From the NCBI GenBank assembly GCA_964618145.1, contig CAZTZR010000002.1, positions 384 to 64,383 of the forward strand: a stretch of 64,000 bases of DNA. Reading direction: 5' to 3'. How positions within the stretch are numbered: the stretch's first letter is position 1; every line of letters starts with the position of its first letter. Position numbers and translations under genes: made by a program. The notes under the pieces were generated by a model, which ran no database searches, was not told the origin of the DNA, and was given only the letters and a program-made list of their open reading frames with translations. The DNA comes from an uncultured Kofleriaceae bacterium. Lineage in GTDB: Bacteria > Myxococcota_A > Polyangia > HGW-17. Below, one piece after another: positions 58,730 to 64,000 of this stretch.

Positions 58730-60190
58730 ATGAGCGACGTGACTTCCGGTTTGAAACCCCAGGCCCTGTGGAACTACTTTTCCCAGATGGCCGCCATCCC
58801 CCACAAGTCCAAAAACGAAGCCGCCATCATCGCATGGCTCGAGAAGGTCGGGCGCGACCACAATGTGGAAGTGAAAAAGGATGAGGTCGGCAACATCGTG
58901 CTGTGCGTCCCCGCCACCGCCGGCCACGAAAACGCCCCGGTGGTGATCCTGCAGGGACACATGGACATGGTCTGCGAACAGAACGCCGACTCCACCCATG
59001 ACTTCGCGAAGGATCCGCTGAAACTGCAGGTCAACGGTGAATGGCTTTCTGCCACCGGCACCACACTGGGCGCCGACAACGGCATTGGTCTTGCCGCTGC
59101 ACTGGCCATTCTGGACGATCCGGATGTGGTGCACGGACCCCTGGAAATCCTGGCCACGGTGGATGAGGAAACCGGCATGACCGGAGCATTCAACCTCAAG
59201 ACGGAATTCCTCAAGGGACGCATGATGCTGAACCTGGATTCCGAAGAGGACGGAGCGATTTACGTGGGCTGCGCCGGCGGCGCCGACGTGAAGGCTTTCT
59301 TCGACATCGCACAGAATCCGGTACCCGCCAACAGCGTGCGGTTTGACATCACCGTAAAGGGTCTGCGGGGCGGACACTCCGGGCTGAATATCATTGAAAA
59401 CCGCGCCAACGCGCTGCGCATGCTCGCCCGCATGCTCAAAAACCTGGAAAAACAGGGAATTGCCTGTCACCTCCAGAACCTGTTCGGTGGTTCAGCCCAC
59501 AACGCCATCCCGCGGGAAGCCACGGCCGTGGTCATCGTGGACAAGGGCGATGCTTCCCGGACGCAGGAATGGTTTGAAATGCGCTTCGAAGACATGCGTG
59601 CCGAATACGGCAAGCGGGACAAGAACATGACCCTCGAATGCGTGAACAAGGGCGAAGCCTCCGGCATGGTCTGGAAGCCTGAAGTATCTGCCGGCCTGGT
59701 GGACTTCATGCTGCTGGCCCCCAACGGCACACTGACCATGAGTCAGGATTTGCCGAACCTGGTGGAAAGTTCCTGCAACCTGGCCACCGTCAAGACCGAA
59801 GGGGACAAACTGGTAGTACATCTTTCCTGCCGGTCCAGTGTGCAACCGGTCATCCCGGAGATTCAGGAAACCATCGCCATCGCAGCCGCCCGGGTGGGCG
59901 CCCATGCGGAACTCGGGGATGGATACCCTGCCTGGCAGCCCGACATGGACAGCCCGTTGCTGGCATCGGCCCGCAGCGTGTTTGAGCGCGTCTTTGGCCG
60001 CACACCGGAAATCAAGGCCATTCACGCAGGTCTGGAATGCGGCATCATCGGCGAGAAGTTCCCCGGCATCAAGATGATCAGTTTCGGACCCGAAATCCAT
60101 GGGGCCCACAGCCCCGAGGAAAAAGTGAGCATTCCCTCGACCGAGCGTTTCTACCGCGCCCTTTGCGGCATTTTGACTGATCTCGCCTGA
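58730..60190 (+). CDS. pepD: Aminoacyl-histidine (Xaa-His) dipeptidase, M20C family
   Basis: LQGHMDMV, DNGIGLAAALA, DEETGMTGA motifs; 486 aa. Confidence 0.88.
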   Translation: MSDVTSGLKPQALWNYFSQMAAIPHKSKNEAAIIAWLEKVGRDHNVEVKKDEVGNIVLCVPATAGHENAPVVILQGHMDMVCEQNADSTHDFAKDPLKLQVNGEWLSATGTTLGADNGIGLAAALAILDDPDVVHGPLEILATVDEETGMTGAFNLKTEFLKGRMMLNLDSEEDGAIYVGCAGGADVKAFFDIAQNPVPANSVRFDITVKGLRGGHSGLNIIENRANALRMLARMLKNLEKQGIACHLQNLFGGSAHNAIPREATAVVIVDKGDASRTQEWFEMRFEDMRAEYGKRDKNMTLECVNKGEASGMVWKPEVSAGLVDFMLLAPNGTLTMSQDLPNLVESSCNLATVKTEGDKLVVHLSCRSSVQPVIPEIQETIAIAAARVGAHAELGDGYPAWQPDMDSPLLASARSVFERVFGRTPEIKAIHAGLECGIIGEKFPGIKMISFGPEIHGAHSPEEKVSIPSTERFYRALCGILTDLA

Positions 60191-60208
60191 TCCCCTTTTT
60201 TTCCTGTC

Positions 60209-61042
60209 CTATAACCAGAGTGTCATGCCTTCGCGGGCCAGTTCGACTTCCATGGATGAACGGCCGCGCAGGGAATCCACCAGGGCCTCGAGTTCCGCAT
60301 CCGTGGAATCGAAATGGTAATGGGTGAGAACCAGTTTTTCCACGCCTGCCGCCTCGGCCGCCCGCAGGGCATCCATAGCCGAAAATGCTTCCCGTACATG
60401 CCTTCGTTCGGAACCGGGCAAATGGCTGCGCACGTCATGAACCAACACATCGGCACCGGAATAAAACCGGATGACCTCCGGGGATATCTCCCCTTCGGGG
60501 TAGTTGACATCGGGCGCGAAAACAATGCTGCGGTTTTCCTTGCACAAACGAACGCCAGTGGCCTGCTCGGTCATGTGCGGAAGTTGTTCGATCATCACAC
60601 CCAAACCGCCAATGGAAAACCGGGAACCCGGTGTAATATCCGAAAACACCAGGTTGGAATTCAGGTTTTTCAAACTCTGGATCGGGGAAAAAATGGGGTT
60701 CATCTGGCTTTCGAGCACCTGCTCCATGGTCCGCTTGCAAAACCGGCTTCCATACAGGCGTATGGTGTTTCCGGGGATGAATGCGGGAATGAAGAAGGGA
60801 AAGCCCTGGATATGGTCATAATGGGGATGGGTGATGAAAAGGTCCAGTTCCCCCTGACCCTTGCCAAAAACCCCCGCCATCAGGTTGCGGCCCCATGTGG
60901 TGATACCGGTGCCGGCATCAATGGCCAGCGTTTCCCCGTTCTCCCCCTGCACGGTTACGCACAGGGTATTTCCGCCGACCAATGTCGTCTGTTCTCCCGG
61001 TGAAGGAACGAGCGCTCGAACGCCCCAGAACGTGATCTGCAT
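60209..61042 (-). CDS. MBL-fold metallo-hydrolase
   Basis: HxHxDH motif (ITHPHYDHIQG); N-terminus MQITFWGVRALVPSPG. Confidence 0.7.
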   Translation of the reverse strand: MQITFWGVRALVPSPGEQTTLVGGNTLCVTVQGENGETLAIDAGTGITTWGRNLMAGVFGKGQGELDLFITHPHYDHIQGFPFFIPAFIPGNTIRLYGSRFCKRTMEQVLESQMNPIFSPIQSLKNLNSNLVFSDITPGSRFSIGGLGVMIEQLPHMTEQATGVRLCKENRSIVFAPDVNYPEGEISPEVIRFYSGADVLVHDVRSHLPGSERRHVREAFSAMDALRAAEAAGVEKLVLTHYHFDSTDAELEALVDSLRGRSSMEVELAREGMTLWL

Positions 61043-61073
61043 GCAAACCTCGGGTACCGGCCAAAAACCGGCC

Positions 61074-61982
61074 TTACTCCACTATGATTTCACGGCCCTC
61101 GACGGCCGGGCTGATCTCCAGTGAATCCGTACGGAACTTCTGCACAATCTGCTCCATCAATTGATCCATCTGGTCATCCGTACGTTCTGGAGCATGGTGA
61201 AAAATGACCAGATGTTTGGCACCGGCTTTTTGACACACTTCCACGGCATGGGAGGCCGCCGAATGTCCCCAGTGCGGATTGCGCTGGTATTCCTCGTCGG
61301 TGAACATGGTATCGTAAATGACCACGTCCGCGCTTTGGCACAACTTCAGGAGGGAATCCCGCATTGCAGCCAGTTGTTCCCCCACATCCGGATCCACCGG
61401 GACCGTCAGGTCCGGGGCCTTCGCAATGAATTCACGGTCCAGGATCATGTGTTCGAACGGAGCTGTGTCCGTCACATAGACCACACTTTTATCCCGGTGC
61501 TGCACCCGGTAGGCATTGGCAATCAGGGGGTGGTTCAACCGGCTCGAGAAAACCTCCAGTTCCGGCCCCAGGGGAACAGAAGCTCCGTCCTGCAATTCAA
61601 CGAACTGCACGGTCGCCTTCCAGTCTTCGTGGGAAAGGGGAAAATAGGGATCCTCAATCACCTTGTGAATGACGTCCTTCAGGCAAAACTCGTCACGGTG
61701 GCGGGAATAAAAGGTCACCCGGTTTCCGGCCTGGTACAGGGGATCGAAAAACGGAAGCCCCTGGATGTGATCCCAATGGGCATGGGAAATGAAGATATGG
61801 ATGTCCAGGTTTCCCTGCACGGCCAGTTTCTGACCGAGCCGGCGAATCCCCGTACCCGAATCCAGGATGATGACGGGAGCTCCGACATCCACCTGGATGC
61901 AGGATGTGTTTCCACCGTAGCGCTGCGTCAGGGGACCGGGAACTGGAATGGAACCTCGTACACCCCAGAACAGTACTTTCAT
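61074..61982 (-). CDS. MBL-fold metallo-hydrolase (paralog of the downstream gene)
   Basis: ISHAHWDHIQG motif; N-terminus MKVLFWGVRGSIPVPG paralogous to the neighbour. Confidence 0.7.
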   Translation of the reverse strand: MKVLFWGVRGSIPVPGPLTQRYGGNTSCIQVDVGAPVIILDSGTGIRRLGQKLAVQGNLDIHIFISHAHWDHIQGLPFFDPLYQAGNRVTFYSRHRDEFCLKDVIHKVIEDPYFPLSHEDWKATVQFVELQDGASVPLGPELEVFSSRLNHPLIANAYRVQHRDKSVVYVTDTAPFEHMILDREFIAKAPDLTVPVDPDVGEQLAAMRDSLLKLCQSADVVIYDTMFTDEEYQRNPHWGHSAASHAVEVCQKAGAKHLVIFHHAPERTDDQMDQLMEQIVQKFRTDSLEISPAVEGREIIVE

Positions 61983-62180
61983 CCTTCAGCTCCTTGCATT
62001 GGAATCGGATTTTTCATGTTCTTTCCCCGAAATGCCATGCCCGGGCCGCGAAGAACCTCCACGGTTCGTCCAGAAGTACCCAGTCACACATCAGGCGTGC
62101 CCAAACTAACACAGAAAATGTGATTTTCAAAAAAGAATTTCAAGGTGACATGAAAGTTGCCAAAAAAAGGAAAAATGGGA

Positions 62181-62209
62181 TTGACACCATGCAAGATTCT
62201 CACATAACT
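62181..62209 (+). promoter_or_regulatory. Candidate sigma70 promoter (TTGACA - 17 bp - ATAACT) for the PAS gene; would give a very short or absent leader
   Basis: Hexamers read directly; the spacing is canonical. Confidence 0.3.
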
Positions 62210-62210
62210 T

Positions 62211-62753
62211 ATGGGCATGAGCCAGACCCATGCCTTTTCGCAAATCAAGGACGTGGTGATCGATGCGTGGTGCATCACCGATGCCAGCGGTGTCATCACC
62301 GACTACAACCGCGTGTTCTTTTCGCTGTTCCCGCGTAACGTGGCCCGCAAACTCAAGGGTCTGACCCTGCCCGAGGTATTGGCCATGCCGGTGAACATCG
62401 TGGCCGAAGCCATCACCCAGAACAGGCAGGTCCGCTTTGACGAAGTGGTGGCAGCCATCCTGGAAACCGCCGAGGAATTCCGGTTCATCCTGAGTGCAAT
62501 CCCTCTCCTGGACGAAGCCCAGAATCTGGAAGGAGCCCTGGTGATCATGCGCAACGTCACGGACGAAGCCATGGTGCAGATCAAATACCAGGAAATGCTG
62601 GAACGGGAAGCTCGTGAACGTGAATTGTTGAAGGCGGAACTGGTGCGACGCACCGAACGGCTGATTCAGGTTTCCGAGCGATATTATGAACTCAAGGCCC
62701 AGATCCGCAAACGGGCCAAGGGTCAGGTATCTCCGTTCAAACTCAAGTTCTGA
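62211..62753 (+). CDS. PAS-domain protein with C-terminal coiled coil
   Basis: PAS-like core (VVIDAWCITDASGVITDYNRVFFSLF...). Start at 62211 or 62217. Confidence 0.6.
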   Translation: MGMSQTHAFSQIKDVVIDAWCITDASGVITDYNRVFFSLFPRNVARKLKGLTLPEVLAMPVNIVAEAITQNRQVRFDEVVAAILETAEEFRFILSAIPLLDEAQNLEGALVIMRNVTDEAMVQIKYQEMLEREARERELLKAELVRRTERLIQVSERYYELKAQIRKRAKGQVSPFKLKF

Positions 62754-62843
62754 CACCCCGCAGGTCAGGTGAATGGGGGGGCGAAAGTTGCGTTCCGGAC
62801 AAATTCATGCTTTGTTGGGGCGGATTCTTTCGGGGGGTTTTTC

Positions 62844-63743
62844 ATGAAATTTCCAGTTGTGCCCAAATGGATTGCCTGTTTGTTTCCGGTTGTTGCCGCC
62901 TGTCTGTGTCTCTGGCCGGCACGGGCCGGGGCCTATGAACCCTGGCTCGAACCCATGGGTGCCCGGGGACTGGGACTAGGCGGAGCAGTCATCGCTTCGG
63001 GAACCGGCTCCGATGCACTGATCGCGAATCCGGCCGCCATGTCCCTGGTGCGCTCTTACATCTGGGAAAATTATTACCGGTACCAGACAAAGCCTTCCGG
63101 CCACGCCGGACTGACCGCCCTGGTGGATTCATACAAAAACGAGAGGCTGGCTGCCGGCCTTTTCACTTCCTATGTGCATTCCGAGCCGGAAGATGAACTC
63201 ACCGGGGAAACCTCGAAGGAAAAGATCATGAGGACAGGTTTGGCCCTGTCCCTGAAATTCACGGACTATCTGGCCGTCGGGGTGCATGGTCACTGGTTCA
63301 ACTACCAGCATACAAAACTGCCCGAAGGTGACATCAAGGAAAAAAAATTCACCCTGGATGTCGGGGTCATCGTCAAGATCAGTGACATGTTCCAGGTGGG
63401 GGCAGTTGCCTATGATCTGCTCACGGACCACTCGGAGGAGCGTCCGTACACGTTTGGTGCCGGTCTGGCCACCCGTTTTTTCAACAACCGGTTCCTGATG
63501 GAAGCCAATGTCCTGATGGAAGGGAAAAAACCGTGGTATCGGGGTGGGGCCGAATACCTGTTCCAACAGGGAATCGTGATCCGGGGCGGGGGAGGCATAC
63601 GGGAGTTCACGGACCAGAAGTTCGTGAGCGGGGGCATGGGGTACATCACCCAGAAAAGTTCCGTGGAATTTTCCGTACAGCAGGAAATCCAGGGTTTGCG
63701 TTCCACCATTGTCGGCCTGGATCTGCGGTTCTTCATCAGGTGA
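62844..63743 (+). CDS. Outer-membrane beta-barrel protein (~300 aa)
   Basis: Signal peptide MKFPVVPKWIACLFPVVAACLCLWPARAGA. Alternating amphipathic beta-strands. C-terminal aromatic-x-aromatic end (DLRFFIR). Confidence 0.5.
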   Translation: MKFPVVPKWIACLFPVVAACLCLWPARAGAYEPWLEPMGARGLGLGGAVIASGTGSDALIANPAAMSLVRSYIWENYYRYQTKPSGHAGLTALVDSYKNERLAAGLFTSYVHSEPEDELTGETSKEKIMRTGLALSLKFTDYLAVGVHGHWFNYQHTKLPEGDIKEKKFTLDVGVIVKISDMFQVGAVAYDLLTDHSEERPYTFGAGLATRFFNNRFLMEANVLMEGKKPWYRGGAEYLFQQGIVIRGGGGIREFTDQKFVSGGMGYITQKSSVEFSVQQEIQGLRSTIVGLDLRFFIR

Positions 63744-63746
63744 AAC

Positions 63747-64000
63747 ATGTCTGAATCCAAAAAATCCCGAGGTATTTTCATCGCCGTGGAAGGCATTGAC
63801 GGGGCCGGCACAACCACGTTCACTGGCAACCTGACGGCCCAACTCGCCCAGATGGGCATTTCGGCCCACCGTACCATGGAGCCCACCTCCGGTGTCATCG
63901 GAAAACTTCTGCGTGAGTTGCTCAAATCCCATACCATTCCCGATCCTGCCATCTACGCACTGTTGTTCGCCGCAGACCGCCGGGATCACTGGCTTCACGA
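63747..64000 (+). CDS. tmk: Thymidylate kinase (N-terminal part; continues beyond the window)
   Basis: GIFIAVEGIDGAGTTT P-loop and DRY-like (AADRRDH) motif. Confidence 0.8.
   Translation, partial: MSESKKSRGIFIAVEGIDGAGTTTFTGNLTAQLAQMGISAHRTMEPTSGVIGKLLRELLKSHTIPDPAIYALLFAADRRDHWLH

Noticed and set aside
1-64000. Search for CRISPR arrays, transposases/IS elements, toxin-antitoxin pairs and compositional (GC/codon) islands
   Set aside because: No short direct-repeat arrays, no DDE/serine/tyrosine recombinase-like ORFs and no sharp GC shift. The only AT-rich stretches are short promoter-type intergenic gaps (6301-6393, 8368-8516, 24246-24424, 34324-34546).

Overview
High-GC (~59%) bacterial chromosomal segment with dense, mostly housekeeping gene content. 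The lineage is most likely Myxococcota/Deltaproteobacteria-like, judged from Myxococcota-style Cys/Asp-rich repeat modules, proprotein-convertase P-domains, many TPR lipoproteins and an AglRQS-like TolQ/TolR/TolR triplet. No integrase, transposase, CRISPR array or compositional island is visible. Recognisable genes, left to right: an edge Zn-ribbon membrane protein (minus strand, runs off the window start); msrA; two small PH-like proteins; iorA-iorB (indolepyruvate:ferredoxin oxidoreductase); PilZ plus a FliN/SctQ-like SpoA protein; a secreted papain-like protease with two P-domains; murC-ftsQ (minus); a membrane protein with two STAS domains paired with an RsbW-like kinase; TPR and CAP-domain lipoproteins; miaA; two tRNA-Ser genes; SRP RNA (ffs, not in the ORF track); dnaX-ybaB-recR; a 12-kb, 8-gene minus-strand operon (three secreted TPR/coiled-coil proteins including a 1675-aa giant, a small secreted protein, one TolQ-like and two TolR-like motor subunits); thymidine phosphorylase; a MATE transporter; ftsA-ftsZ (plus strand, 28 kb from murC-ftsQ and on the other strand); an operon downstream of ftsZ (ribbon-helix-helix protein, lipoprotein, PPC-like protein, FliA-type sigma factor, V4R-like protein, double cNMP-binding protein); a flippase-like membrane protein; an M28 peptidase; tadA-tpiA-pgk-gap (minus); a secreted pseudo-5'-nucleotidase fused to a beta-barrel; mscS; a Kelch-repeat lipoprotein; pepD; two tandem MBL-fold hydrolases; a PAS protein; an outer-membrane beta-barrel; and the start of tmk. 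The best candidates for an undescribed system are (i) the TolQ/TolR/TolR motor operon with giant secreted TPR scaffold proteins, which resembles an Agl/Glt gliding or envelope machine and lacks TolA/TolB/Pal, and (ii) a transmembrane partner-switching module (STAS-ZnR-STAS-ZnR-TM-sensor protein plus pseudo-receiver-GHKL kinase). The cell-division (dcw) cluster also appears split by an inversion.
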